Of a stretch of 64,000 bases of DNA, positions 10,379 through 23,556 are shown piece by piece (the first letter of the stretch is position 1; every line of letters begins with the position of its first letter). The notes under the pieces are model-generated. The model searched no databases and had not been told where the DNA came from. It saw only the letters and a program-made list of their open reading frames with translations. The position numbers and the translations under genes were made by a program. The stretch comes from Camelus ferus (Eukaryota). Where the stretch lies: assembly GCF_009834535.1 (NCBI RefSeq), contig NC_045707.1, forward strand, positions 46,874,001 through 46,938,000, in the 5' to 3' direction.

Positions 10379-11435
10379 CAGCAGTCCCCCCTTACCCAAG
10401 AGGGATTTGTCCAAGACCCCCAGTAGACGCCTGAAACCGCAGGTAGTACCGCATACGCTATGTTTTTTCTATAAGTATGATGAAGTTTAACTTATAAATT
10501 AGGCACAGTATGAGATTAACAGCAATAACTAATAATAAAATAGAAAAATTATAATATACGGTAATAAAAGTTATGTGAATGTGGTCCCTCTCCTTAATCA
10601 ACCTCTTGAACTCCACTGAAAATGTGGCAGCAGCTTCTTTATGAACAGACTCAGCCTCTCCAGCAATCTTTGTATTTTTCAGTCCAAAGCTATTCCTGAA
10701 TCTGTGTAACCATCCTTTAGAAGTAAATGGCTTGGTGTCACTTGCTTCAGGAGATCCCTTGCTGAATTCCTCATACTCAATGCTTTCTGGCGTATGTTGC
10801 CATCAACTGGAACACATTTCCTGTTCATGTTTTCTACCCACAAATTTAATGCCTTTTCCATTTTATCACTAAGTACTTATCACACGCTGTGGCCATACTT
10901 TTGCTGTTTGAGGTGCTACAGCAAAACTAGCACAAATTTCTTTTTCCTTCTTCATAATTTCACAGATCAAAGAAGATTAATTCTTACCGCAGATCTTACC
11001 AACCTCAGCATACAACTTTTGTTCTTTCCTTATTAAGCCAAGAACTTTCACCTTTTCACTTAAAGGAAGCACTTTATAGTTTCTCTTTGGCATATCTGAG
11101 TATTGCCGGCATCGCTACTCTTGCGTTTAGGGGACATTATTAAGTAAAGTAAGAGCTACCTGCAAATAAGCAGTGTGATACCGAAAAATGAATCTGAAAA
11201 CTGAGGTGCCTACCAACAGGTGGGATGCGCTGGACAAAGGGATCATTCACGTCCTGGGTGGGACAGAGCAGGACAGCCGAGATTTCATCATGCTACTCAG
11301 AACAGCATGTAATTTAAAACTTATGAATTGTTTATTTCTAGAATTTTCCATTTACTATTTTTGGACCATAGTTGGCTGTAGGTAACTGAAACCATGGAAA
11401 GCAAAGCCGCAGATTTGGGGGAGGGGGGACTACAA
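10379..11435 (-). mobile_element. Internally deleted TcMar-Tigger DNA transposon (Tigger7/MER44-like)
   Basis: TA-flanked TIRs CAGCAGTCCCCCTTA... / ...GGGGGACTACAA-TA. The minus-strand remnant MEKALNLWVENMNRKCVPVDGNIRQKALS (10679-10861) resembles a CENP-B-type HTH of Tigger transposase. Confidence 0.88.
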
Positions 11436-12229
11436 TACAGTTGTAGATCTGACTCAAATAGCCTGTGAACAGTAGAAGATTAAAGCTCCCACTAAGACCA
11501 AATAATCAGAAATACCAATAACATGCTCTAGGGAATAATCAGGTGATGACTCTACCACTTTAATTTTCCCTTAAAAGAGTCAATCTGACATCATTAAGAG
11601 TGACATTTAAATGCTAATTGAAAAAGCAGTGTTCCCCTGTCTCTAGACAAGTATTTGCATGTTAATTAATTCTGAGAATAAGAAGACCCAGCTTCCAATA
11701 TGAGGCGTCAAAAAGAGACAGAGTTCCTTTGCAGAGGAAGATAAAAGGCTGTGGCAAAGACATAATTAAATTACCTGGTTTCAAGAGTTTTAATTCATTT
11801 GCAATGCAAATTCATATTGCCTCTTTTGTGAAGAGTGTATTTTAATGAAAGGACCAAAATACAGATTTCCAACATCAATGCCCTTTTAATGTAATGCCCT
11901 TCACTACAGATCAAAATGGCTTTTACCAGAATGGTGCCTAATGAGCTCACAAAGGCTGTCAATAGTGCCCTAAACAGAAGACAGCAGCCCAGTGCCCTAA
12001 AGCCAATACACCATAAACACACTCTACACTGCCACAAAGAACATCACCTTGAATTTTTAAACAGCAAACCATTTCTCTTTAAAGGCGTTATGCAAATTAG
12101 TACGAACCCAAAAATCAGAGACTCAGAAAGATCTTAGGCTGACTATTTTATAAATTAGGTAACCTCAAAAGATGATAATTTTAATAAACAGTACATTCAA
12201 CTTGCTATATTTATACCACACTTACTAGC

Positions 12230-12460
12230 ATTATAATTTGTATTGTGTAATTTTTACTGTTTGCAATACTTTTTTTCATATGTAATCTCATCTTAGCTCT
12301 GTGAGATATATGATATAAATGTGCCCATTATACAGATGAGGAAATTAAGGTTCAGAGAGAGTACGTGAATTAACCAAGATCACAGAGGTAAAGAATATTG
12401 GGGCCAGGACCAGAACCCAGGCTTCTGGCTCTAATTTCAATGATCTTCCCACTCTATTAT
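12230..12460 (-). mobile_element. MIR SINE
   Basis: CCCATTATACAGATGAGGAAATTAAGGTTCAGAGAG...CCAAGATCACAG...GAACCCAGG. Confidence 0.8.
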
Positions 12461-13004
12461 ATTCTCTTTCTTCTATTATATCTAGTGGCTGACAGTCCCT
12501 GCTACCAAGCACATTACTACTATGATATTACTAAGTATGCAAAGGACATAAATACTTAGGAATAATCACAATTTAAACAGGCTAAACAAGGTTTTCTCGT
12601 TTTATTCCTTTGCAAAGGCCCAATTTAATAACAAAAGTATACTGGTTAATTTGTTTACTGTACAGATTTATATTTTGTAAATATACATAATGAAGAGTTT
12701 TTATCTGTAATATATAAAGAGCACTTACTGATGAATAAGAAAAAAAATTAAAACAGTGATAGAAAATAACAAAAGCCATGAATGGGCTACTCATGAAAAA
12801 ACTACAAGTAGCCAACTGAAAACTTGTTCAGTCTCACTAGATATAAAACTACAAATTGAAAGAACTATGAGTGTTTTTCCCCATCAAATTGAAAAATACT
12901 GAAAAAAAAAAACCCACAAATTCTCCAGGTTGGCAAAAATGGAAACTTACAACTGTGGGTGAAAAGTTTAAAATGAAACAGTTTGCAGGGAAAGATAAAA
13001 GTGC

Positions 13005-14050
13005 AAACTAAAGGAAACCATAAACAAAATGAAAAGACAACCTACAGAATGTGAGAAAATATTTGCAAATGACACAACCGACAAGGGACTAATTTCCAAA
13101 ATATACAAACAGCTCATACAGCTTAATATCAACAAACAAACAAGCAAGCAACCTAATCAAAAAATGGGGAGGAGACCTAAATAGACATTTCTCCAAAGAA
13201 AACATCCAGATGGCCAACAGGCACATGAAAAGATGCTCAACATCACTAACTATTAGAGACTCAACATCACTAATTATTAGAGAAGTGCAAATCAAAACTA
13301 CAATGAGTTATTACCTCACACCAGTCAGAATGGCCATCATTAAAAAGTCTACAAATGATAAATGCCATAGAGAGTGCAGAAAAAGGAACACTCCTATACT
13401 GTTGGTGGGAATGTAAACTGGTACAGTTACTATGGAAAACAGTATGGACGGTCCTCAAGAAATTTAAAATGTAAATACCATATGATCCCATAATCCTACT
13501 TTTGTATATATAAGCTAAAGGGAAAGAAATCACTATCTTAAAAATACATCTGTACTGTCATGATCATTGCACCATTATTCACAGTAGTGAAGGTATGGAA
13601 ACAACCTAAGTGTCTGTTGACAGATGAATAGATAAATAAAATATGATACATAGATACAGATATACAATGGAATATTATTTGGCCTTAAAAAATAAGGAAA
13701 TCCTACCATATGCAACAACATGAATAAACCTGAAGAGCACTATGCTAAATGAAATAAGTCAGAGAGAGAAAGACAAATACTGCCTGGTATCATTTATATG
13801 TGGACTCTAAAAAAGGTCAAACTCACAGAGAAAGTAGAATGGTTGTTGCTAGGGGCTAGGAGGTAGAAGGAAAGGAGAGGGGTTGGTAAAAGGGTGGAAA
13901 CGTTGTTATAAGATGAGTGAGGTCTGAGAATCTAGCGTATAACATAGTGACTAGAGTTAATATCGTATTGTAAAATTGAAATTTGATATGCTAACAGAGT
14001 AGACCTTAAGTGTTCTCACAAAGGAAGAAAAGAAAGAAAACAGAATTGAA
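13005..14050 (+). mobile_element. 5'-truncated L1 (L1MA-like ORF2 end + 3'UTR)
   Basis: [13 protein letters not shown]... translation; 3'UTR GTAGAATGGTTGTTGCTAGGGGC...AGAGTAGACCTTAAGTGTTCTCAC; internal 24-bp tandem duplication at 13236-13283. Confidence 0.9.
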
Positions 14051-16803
14051 AAAAATTAAAAATCTTAAACTATTCTCAGTAATCATTATGTTGGTGGTAG
14101 TGTTAGCAGTTACATTGAGACTATTGTGTGTATGTTGCAAAATAAAGTAAATGAAGTATTTTTAAAAATGAAAACAGGTGAAATAGAACACATGTATACA
14201 TGATATAACAAAATAAATGCAAGGCAGCACAGCACAACCTACTGGCAATACGCTGGGGAAACACAAAGTGAGGTGTGAGGGGTCTAAGGGAGATGAGGTT
14301 AATCAGGGAAGACTTCTTATATACGGGGTTCTGGTTAAGGCTTAAGGGAAGTGAAGAATAGTAACCAATGGTTTAACATTTCACCCAATCTCTGAAAGAG
14401 AAAGAATATGAAGGAATCACAAATACATTTGTTGAGACCTTCTGCATATGGGCGAAAGCTTGGAACATACAGATAAACCTGAAGAAATCAGATTCTTGGT
14501 GAATGTGAGATTTAATATTCTGAAGAGCACAGGCAATGGGCTTTCTGCCTAGGACTAGACAGAAAGGGCAAGGGCTTTGTCTCTGGTTGTGTACAAGTGA
14601 GAGGGAGAGCATCATGGAAATATGCCAAGCCAATTCTGTATCTGTCACTTGCAACTGTGAGTCCTGACACACAGATCTTTAAGCTGAGCCAGCTGTCTCA
14701 GGGAGTCCCCATTGGAAAGTTTCATTCCTGTAGTCACCAATCTTCCTCTACTACATTCTGAGTACTAGGAAGAGAGGGGTGAATAGAATAAGTTCTCTGC
14801 CCTCATGGAGCCTTTGGTCTAGAAGGCTTGACTCTCAACCACCCAACAAAGGATAGTTGATTCCAATTATTCTTAAAATAACCATCTTCTGCGAAGGGGG
14901 AATACCAAAGAAAGAGTGAGACACAACCACTTTCCCCAGGACCAGCTGCACCTTGCAGTTAGTTTTAACCTTGACCAGAAGTAGAATGAGAACTAGAAAG
15001 AAGTATTAGGAGCTGTGATAATTCAATAAAGGGACTGCAGAAGAGCAACACCCAAAAAAAGTCCCAGAGTGGCCAGAGGCAGCTGACCATTCAAATCAGA
15101 TAATACAGCCCAGTGCGCAACTGCAAAAAAAAAGGTATATTGTTAGAGGTGACAACTGAGAGAGTTCTAGCTTTCATTTTAAGCAGAAAAAGCAGTATCT
15201 CTAACTACACTGAGTATACCCTTATTACATCTGCATTAAAGACTGCACGTTGTTGGCTAAATCATGTGTAGTGAAGGACACTGTAAGGGAGGGAGAAGAG
15301 AGGGGAAGATGCAACATATAATGGTCTACCCGCTAAGCTTGGCCCTAGGATCTTAAGTTTTGCTAAGGAAGGCCTGGAGTAAAGGAGTTACAAAAATAAC
15401 CAGAGACTTTAGTAACCTGGCTAGTTTAAGCTGTCAGAAGATGGATGAGAAGTGGAACAGGTGGCCATTTGGAGTTTTCTGTAAGATATTTACCAGCTCT
15501 ATCTCAAAAATAAAGTTGTTTGTATAATGCTATGCTTTCAATTATGAATAATTTTAAAATCTACTAAATGTTCCACAAAAGGGCAATAAACCACCTTTTG
15601 AAGAATGTCACCATTTCAATCACTTTCAAAATATTTGTTAGTGGTTCTCAAACTAAGCCTCCAAGAATTACTGGTTGGAGTTCCTCAATCTGAATCAAGA
15701 TATCCTGCTAAGACGATACACAGCAATCTTTTACTAATTCACAGAAAAGAAGTCGATAGATCAAATATTCTCAAGGTAAAATATTTTTCACATATTTTTT
15801 TAAACCCGTGGGACTAATTAATGCTTTTCCTAAAGAATGCTAGAGGAAGATAAGAGACAAAGAATCAAATTTTGTTGAGAAAAAATGAGGAACAGTTGAT
15901 CACGCTAAGTCCAACATCTTTTTGTTTCCACTCACATGTGAGACTGGAGCTAACGTAATCCTAGGAGAGCACCCCCAGGAGACTGTTCACTCCCTCACTC
16001 TCTCTAAAGAGGCTCCCCTTTCCCGCCACACAGCTGCACTGCGGACGCCACTGTAAAGCACAGGGAAACTGGTGTTTACTGGAAAAAGCACTGCTCCAGG
16101 AATCAGATAACCTGAGGTAAACTTCTTGGATCTTAGTTTCCTTAGTCTCTAAAGTGGAGAAAAGCACATTTGCCCTGCCTGCTCCAGATGGGGCTAAATG
16201 GATCAGGTATTTTAGAGGGCAGTATAAACCAGGAAGTGCTGTACAAATAAAAGGCATCATATTTTTACTATTATTATTAATCAAATCTTCATTAAAGACA
16301 AAAAAGAAAACCAGTGACTCTCTCTTGACCTCTCTCTGAAGATTCAATTTCCAAAACGCCCTTTACTCCCTAAGCAGCAGGCAGTTTGTGCTAAAATGTT
16401 TATCTTCAAGCATAACAAGCTCAAAATCTAGTCAATAATAATTTCAAAAATATTGAGCTTTTTTTGCTTTCTGCCTTGGACTTAGTCTACATCTTATATT
16501 TCTGATTTATAACCACACTTAAGATTTAAAATATCCATTCAGTGGTATCTCAGTTTCTGATTAGAGAAATTTATTGATTCCCTTAAGTTCATTTGTCCAT
16601 GGGGATTTCTTTCCCAAATAATTCAAAAGTGGATGGATGCCGTTTATTAAAACATCTTTATCACATTTACAGAAAGTTGAATTCCATAAAGATAATTTCC
16701 TCACACATAAGATTGCATCAAAAAACTACTAGGAGAGATAACATGAATTTTTACATATTGCAATGACCCCCATTTCACTCCTTATAAACAAAATAATACT
16801 AAA

Positions 16804-16829
16804 GTTGTTGTTGTTGTTGTTGTTGTTGT

Positions 16830-16886
<57 letters not shown>
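16804..16886. repeat. Compound trinucleotide microsatellite (GTT)9(ACT)~18
   Basis: Read directly from the sequence. Confidence 0.97.
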
Positions 16887-17239
16887 ATACCACAAAGAAT
16901 TCTACAATTAGAAAGAAAACTGTTCCAAGGATACCAAAGATACTTTCCTAGCAGGAAGGTGAATTTCCTGAGCAACTGAGATGCTTAATTAAACTCTACT
17001 CCCATGAAAAATTAAAAAGAAAGAAAAAAAATGAAAAAAACAAAAAGAGCATAAAGAAATATGATATCTAAAGTTCTGAGGTGACTTTATTTTATTAAGC
17101 TCTGTCAATAAATGACTAAGAACCGCCTCCCCTGCATGGCCTTTGTCAGCTAAGAACACACCATCCAAGCAGTTACACAAACCAGACACTCCAGAGTTAC
17201 TCTGAAGTCCTCATTCACACACTTCCCCACAGCAAGCCC

Positions 17240-17630
17240 TGCTCTGCTCCATCCCTAAACATCCCCAGAGTTCTCTCACTTGCCTCCATCCCCATTGCCA
17301 GGATTGACACTGGCTTGCGTTAGTTGCTGAATATACAGCTTTCAAACATATCTCCCTGCCCCCCCATCTCATCACTTCCAGTTCACTGTTCACAGAGCAG
17401 CCAGAGTGAATATTCTTAAGCCAAAAACCTGATCATGTCTGATCCCCTGATTAAAATAACTCACCAGGAAAAAAGTCCTAAATCTGCCTAAACTCTTCAA
17501 AATCTGAGCCATGCATGCGACCCCAGAGTCATCTCAGCTGGAGCTGGCTCCTCACGTTGCATTCTGCCTATCAGTGCTGAACTCCTTAAAATTCCCTCAG
17601 CAAGTCATACTTCTTCTCTGCTTCTGGGCT
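17240..17630 (+). mobile_element. L2 LINE fragment
   Basis: GCAGCCAGAGTGAATATTCTTAAG...CCTGATCATGTC...CCCCTGATTAAAA is typical of the L2 3' region. Confidence 0.65.
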
Positions 17631-17859
17631 GTGGGAATGACAGAGCACCCTAAAGAAACAGGGTTTGTTTCTCCCATTTAACAAGGAGGCCATGAGTAAG
17701 TGGCAGGAGACACTGGTGAACATGTTGATGGTTTCAGAGCCAGTGAACTGCTATTCTTTCAGTCTCTCAAGGCCCAGATGGAATCCACAGATGCTGCATT
17801 CAAAGACTGGGCACGAAGAAAGTAGGAAGAGAAACTAGAAAACAAGGTGAGACTAGGAA

Positions 17860-18055
17860 AACAACAATAGCCATGAGTATGTTTACTTTGGGCTAAACAC
17901 TGTTTCAAGTGCTTTATACTCATTTAACTCATTTAAAGCTTTGAGGTAGACATTCTATTCTATTCCTCACTTTTTCAGGGTGTAACTTGCCCAAGGTTCC
18001 ATAAATAGGAAGTAGATCTAGGATTTGAACCCAGAGTCCATGTTCTGTAACCAGA
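17860..18055 (-). mobile_element. MIR SINE
   Basis: TAACTTGCCCAAGGT...GGATTTGAACCCAGAGTCC. Confidence 0.75.
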
Positions 18056-20429
18056 CCTACTCGGCCTCCCCAAAACAAACAAAAATGGCCAGTCAAATAC
18101 ATGCTAAATGGGAGGGAGCTGGGCGCTCTCTCCTCAGCCCCGGGTTGGAACTCACCCACATGTCATCACTGAGGTGCTGCAGGGGGACCCTGGGGACCCT
18201 GGGGTCCCCTTGGCCACAAGGTCTGGGCACTGGGAGCACAGCCTGGGATCATAGTTACACATATACACACTAATCAAACGTTGCCTGTGCAAAAAAGCAA
18301 AAAGACGATTGTCTTCCCAATTTTATTTTTTTGCCTTTAAAACAATCTTTTTTCAAAGGAGAGGCTGGACAAAAAGAAAAAATAAAGAGAATTTCTAAAC
18401 CTGAATCCAAAATGCTAATTAGAATTAGAAGAAATATATATTTGTTATTCACAAGACTCTCATTACTTCAAGTTCAAAAATTCAAAATGAGAGAAGCAGT
18501 TTATCCACATTTATAAAACAATACACGTCTTGACTTACAGCCCATGTAAGTGAGCTGTGAATTTGCCCTTTTCCTGTCAGCAGATTTTTTTTTTTTTTAA
18601 TAGAGAGGAAAAAAAGTTTCTGCTCATTTTTTTCTCTTGGGTCACCACAAGTTCACACCAATGTCTCAGAACTTAAAGCCACAGGAGAAAAATATGGCAG
18701 TGGTGATTCCAGTTCCAGAAATACAGTACCAGGGCCTTCCAACTCAGAGTGGCTGCCTGACTGTGCAGAGAAAGGTCGGGTTTAGAAGTCAGCTCAGCCC
18801 TTGACAGACAGCACCTTCTATTTGCCCTGTGGCCTGAGTCTCAGCTTCCTCATCTGAAAAGGAGAAAAAGGCCCACCTTGTGGAGCTGTCAGGAAGAAGA
18901 AAGGAGTTGTGAAGTTCTAGCACAGCATCACGTTCAAGGCAACATTACTACCATTCTCCAAGCAGTGTAGGGTCCACAATGGCTTACCTTTCAGCTGCCG
19001 ATATTCCAATTGGTGTGGAAGCAAACATCTCAGGGAAAGCAAATCTCACTCACATGCTGCTCACCACTAATAAACTAGACCAGCACAGCTTTGGCCTCCC
19101 AACAGGAAAGTGATTCTTGGGTTTCTTTTTGTTTGGTCTGGTTTTTTTGTTTGTTTTGGTGGAGTTTGGGGGGGGGGGGCGGGGGGGTTGTGTGTGTGTT
19201 TTTTTCAGCTTTTGTGTCCTTTACTATATTTTAGCACTTAGGAAGGGATACATTTAAAAAGTGAAAATATTGCATCAATTCAAATAAGAAACACTATATA
19301 TGTGTAGAGGTATTACATTTTATCTGGAAGGGACCATAAAAAAACGAGTCATGGCACTTCCTCTGGATTGGGGGACTAAGGGACTGGGGACAGGAGCAGA
19401 AAGGAGACCTTCAGCATTTGTAACTTGGGCATGTTAACAGCTCAAAATACGTAAAATGTTAAATATTGACACACAGCATTAAATAAAGGTCTATGTATCA
19501 TTTAAAGTCCAGTTCAGCTTCTACCTTGACTCAATCAAACCCTTGAGCGTCAAGCCCTATGGCCATAAGGACATCACTGACCTTGTGACTCTCCTGGCTG
19601 CCCTTCCCTTTCTCCAAATGTCCACTGCTCTCATCTCATATCCAGCTCCCAATCACATCTAACGCAGTTGCAAACTGGTTCAAGAATGTCAAGCATCAAT
19701 ATACTGCCAAATCCCTTAAAGGCAAGGAACAAGTCTTCTGTTTCTTTATTGCACTCAGCCTCATCCCAGAAATGGTGGCAATAAATATTTATTGATTAAT
19801 CACCACCTGGCATAACTCAGAGAGCAGCAATTATAATTGATCACACTAGCTGCAGGTTATCTTTATTCAGAATATATCATGATGGGCACAGAAGAAGCAG
19901 ACTATCATTTTTAAAGACAATGAATCCTTTCTTGAATTTAAAAAAAGGCTTCAAGTCACTAACCTTTTCAAATTTATCTTAAGCTTATTGGGCTTTTATT
20001 TTCTGCTGAGCTAGAGCTTAGTTTTAGATTTTTATTGCAGTAGGGTAGTGTTTCCTTTAATGTTATGGAGAAACAAAGCACGGAAGATGGCAGGAAAGCA
20101 AAGTCCATCCTCCAAAAAGACACCACAGTTTGAATTCACAGTTTTCATCTGCCTCTCCTTCATACTAGAGCACGGGCAGAATTTTTCTGAAAATCAGTAA
20201 GAAATTCATCAGGGCCCAACACATACTGAGAACCAGAGAATTAAAATTAGGAAAATTACTGAGAATTTCCTCTCCATTCCTATTTGTCACAAAATGAAAA
20301 TAGGGCTCATAGGACCAATTTGGTGACATAGTGATTTTTGCTGAAAATATGGCAGAGTCCATGCAATCTAATGGTGCTATCATGGAGGTCTGAGCTTCTT
20401 AAAAAAAGCTATAAAAAGTCAAGATGAGC

Positions 20430-21400
20430 TGCATTCTACAGGAGCAGTTCGAGTTTGCCAGGGAAGGGGACAATCCAGGTCAACTGATCCCCTCCTCTGT
20501 CCCTGCATCAGCACACCTGCCTTTCCTTCAGCTGTCCTCAACTCAGCTAATGGCCACTCCACCAACCCACTGCTCTGGCCCCCAAACTGGAAATCACCCT
20601 CGATTTCTCTCTTAGCTTTATTCCCCACTTCCTGAAAGTAACCATTTCTCAGGCACCACCACTATCACCTTAGTTTCAGCCACCATCATCTCCTGCTCAG
20701 ACCACTACTAGAACCTCCTAACTGGTCTTTCTCATGACACCCTCTATCTTTCTCCTCCTACTTACCTGCCACACTATACACTTTGAAGTGTACACACTAT
20801 ACACACACTGCAAAGTGACTTTTAAAGGACAATCTGATTATATCATTCCTTCCAAAACCTTCCCAGTACAATCAGAATAAATCCAAACTCACATTAGAGT
20901 TACCTGGAGAGCTTTTTAAAAATGCTGATTCCTGCTTCCCACTAGAGATTCTGGTATAAGAGGTCCAGAGTGCATCCTGAGCCCGCTAGAGGACTGCTGC
21001 GTGCAGCCAGGGCTGGAATACTCTCAGCCCGTCCAGCCCCATCTCCCACCACTTCTCCCCACATTCACCAGACCCCGGCCACAACAGCCTCTCTCCTGCT
21101 CACAAGCCCCAAGCTCACACCCACCTCATGGCCCTGGCATTGCAAGCCCATCTGTTTGAACCAATCTTCCCATGGACCATCGCTTAGGCTTCAATTCAAA
21201 TATCACTTCCTCAGGGAGGCTTTCCCAACCTGGGTGAAGGCTGCTTGCCACTGTGCGTAGTACCCCTAAATCGTCACTAAAGAAACTAGAAGGAAAATAG
21301 CAAGGCAACTGGAGGGTGGGGAGACTCACACACACCCAGGATAAACACTACCCACAACAGTGCTGGTGCTCAGTGGATGCTTGTTGAATGAATGAATGAA
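20430..21400 (+). mobile_element. L2 LINE 3' portion with a nested MER5-like hAT fragment (~20885-21020)
   Basis: CCACCATCATCTCC...CCTCCTAACTGGTCT and CAAATATCACTTCCTCAGGGAGGC motifs; terminal (TGAA)n at ~21385-21400. Confidence 0.7.
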
Positions 21401-22029
21401 CAAACAAAACAATGAAGCTATGGACCTTTAAATGCAAGCTTCCCACTGAGGAGCACCCACTATATATCCAGGCTCTGGCTGGGTACATGCGAGTGGTGAG
21501 ATATTAAATGCCAGTGACAATTGGGTAGAGCTATTTACATGAAGTCTAACAGCTCAGACAGCTTATTTTCTAGAAACAGACAATAGGAACTGCTAAACTA
21601 GCTAATTTTTCTACAAAACAAAACCAAGAACTAGGAGAATTTCACATAGCAAAAAAAAAAAAAAAAAAAGCTTAAACAAAATAAACAATTAACCCTCTTT
21701 ATGATAGCCAATCTCCTAAAAATGTGGCCTTGCATTCAACACCTTATATTACCAGACAGAAAGGTACACCTTCCTCCCCTGACATGCACTCTCCCCTGCA
21801 GTCATACTGAGTAGGCCGGCCCTTTTCTAAATCACCTCATGCCTCTCACCCCCTCTTACCTGGATCACCCTGCCTCTTACTCTAGAAATTCCTTCACTCC
21901 AAATCTCTGTCAAAATTCCAGCCAGTCTTAAAAGTCTAGATAAAATGTCACCATGCTTATAACACACTTCCTAATCCCATAGCTTCTGAATACTCCTTTT
22001 TTCTCTATGGTAGAGAGGTTTTTGTGTGT

Positions 22030-22650
22030 GTGATTTCCATGCTTCCACTCTGGCCCCTAAAACGTATTCTCCGTACATCATACAGATGGGACTTTCAAAA
22101 ATAAAATTCCAGCAAGACACTCCATTTCACTGGCTTTTCATTCCACCCAGAACTCAACGCCAATTCCTCATGGTTCCAGGCCCACCTCCGTTTGGGAGCC
22201 CGACTTGGATACTCGGATCTTGCTCTTCCAGCCATCCCGACCTCCTGTCAGTTCTGCTGAGCTGCCTGCTCGTCCCCTCAGGGCCTCTGCACTTATATCC
22301 CTCTGACCATGTGACTTTCTGGGCTCTCCCCAAGACCGGCTTCCTTTCATGCTTCAGATGTCTCCTGCAATATCCCTCCTCAAGGAGCCTTCACAGATGA
22401 CACAAGGAAGGCAGCTCCCTGCTCTGCTCTTGGCCACGGCAAAGAGTAACTGTTTCCTTCCAAGCCCTTTTCACAACCTGTAGCTATGTGCTATTCTTCC
22501 GCTTGCTTCCAGTCTCCATCAGCACAGAAGCTCCTGGAAGGTGGTGACCATAGCTACGTTGTCACCATTGTTACTCTGTCCCTTTAATTCTAGGCAGAAT
22601 GCCTGGCATATCAGGGGGCTGGAGGTAGGGGGAATAGCGAATGAATAAAC
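22030..22650 (+). mobile_element. L2 LINE fragment
   Basis: AAGCTCCTGGAAGG...GAATGCCTGGCATA...GAATGAATAAAC L2 3' end. Confidence 0.6.
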
Positions 22651-23319
22651 AAATCAGGGCAAAAACTCACGTCTCCACAAGCAGATGAAGTCCTTTTTCT
22701 CAGAACCCTCTCAGAAGTTTGCTTCCTACCTCTCTAGTAGTATTCTCCTAGATGCCTTGTATTACAGTTATTTGTACATGGGTTTGCCATCAGCCGAGCT
22801 AGGTTGGTTCTCAATCATCTTTGTCTTCACTACAGCACCAGATTAAGCTCAAAAAAGAAAAAGGAAAGAGGATCAGGAGAGAGGAAATAAGGATGAGAGA
22901 AAAATAAAGGAGAGGGAAAAGGGAAGGAAATCAGGAAATTGTTAAGAAAAAGACAAGAAATGAAGGAGTGAGTCTACAGAGAACATAAACATTAGAGAAA
23001 ATTCCTTTATAATTGGTTAATAACACATGCATTAGTAAGGTAATAGTTTTCTCTGAGCTGTAATTTTGGGGCCACATCACTGGTTTTTCCCTATCCTCTT
23101 TTCCATCTCCTTTCCATTTCACCTGAATGTCACCCCTACACCCTTTTGCTGCTTGTACCTTGGGGCCCAGATTGCAAAGTGACTAGAAACCTCAACTTCT
23201 CTTGGGCTGGGTTAGTTCATTGTCTCTACAATTAACAGACTGACCTTGAGACACCAATAATGGGAGCTGTCACTCCTTGGCATCAGAGGGGAGTAACTAA
23301 CAAGGTGATCAGCTCCATA

Positions 23320-23556
23320 TCAAAGTTTATTTTGAAAAGAGCAGACTACCAATAATTTCCATTCCCGGAGATCAAATGAACAGTCTTTGTTGTTCTGGCA
23401 TTTTCCTTTGGCCACTTCCTTCTGTCTGGGTTGAGTTGAGCTGTGTGTTTTCCTGAGATTGGACTGAGGTAGGGTGCCTGCGAATGTACTGTACCAACGG
23501 GATTTTTCAGTTGGTTCATGAAAGAGAAAGTCGTGGTTAACAAGTTCCTTCCTTGG
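23320..23556 (-). other. Candidate exon (possibly 3'-terminal) of an unidentified minus-strand transcript
   Basis: Acceptor CCTCTTTTCCTGTAG|CCAAGG at 23556; two frames open for about 70 codons; AATAAA at 23331-23326; unique sequence. Confidence 0.35.

Noticed and set aside
10679..10861. Domesticated Tigger-derived (TIGD-like) gene
   Set aside because: Only a frameshifted transposase remnant within an internally deleted element.
16763..16951. Poly-leucine ORF
   Set aside because: It is the translation of the (TTG)(CTA) microsatellite.
23465..23500. let-7-like seed TGAGGTAG
   Set aside because: The following bases do not match let-7 and no precursor hairpin is evident.
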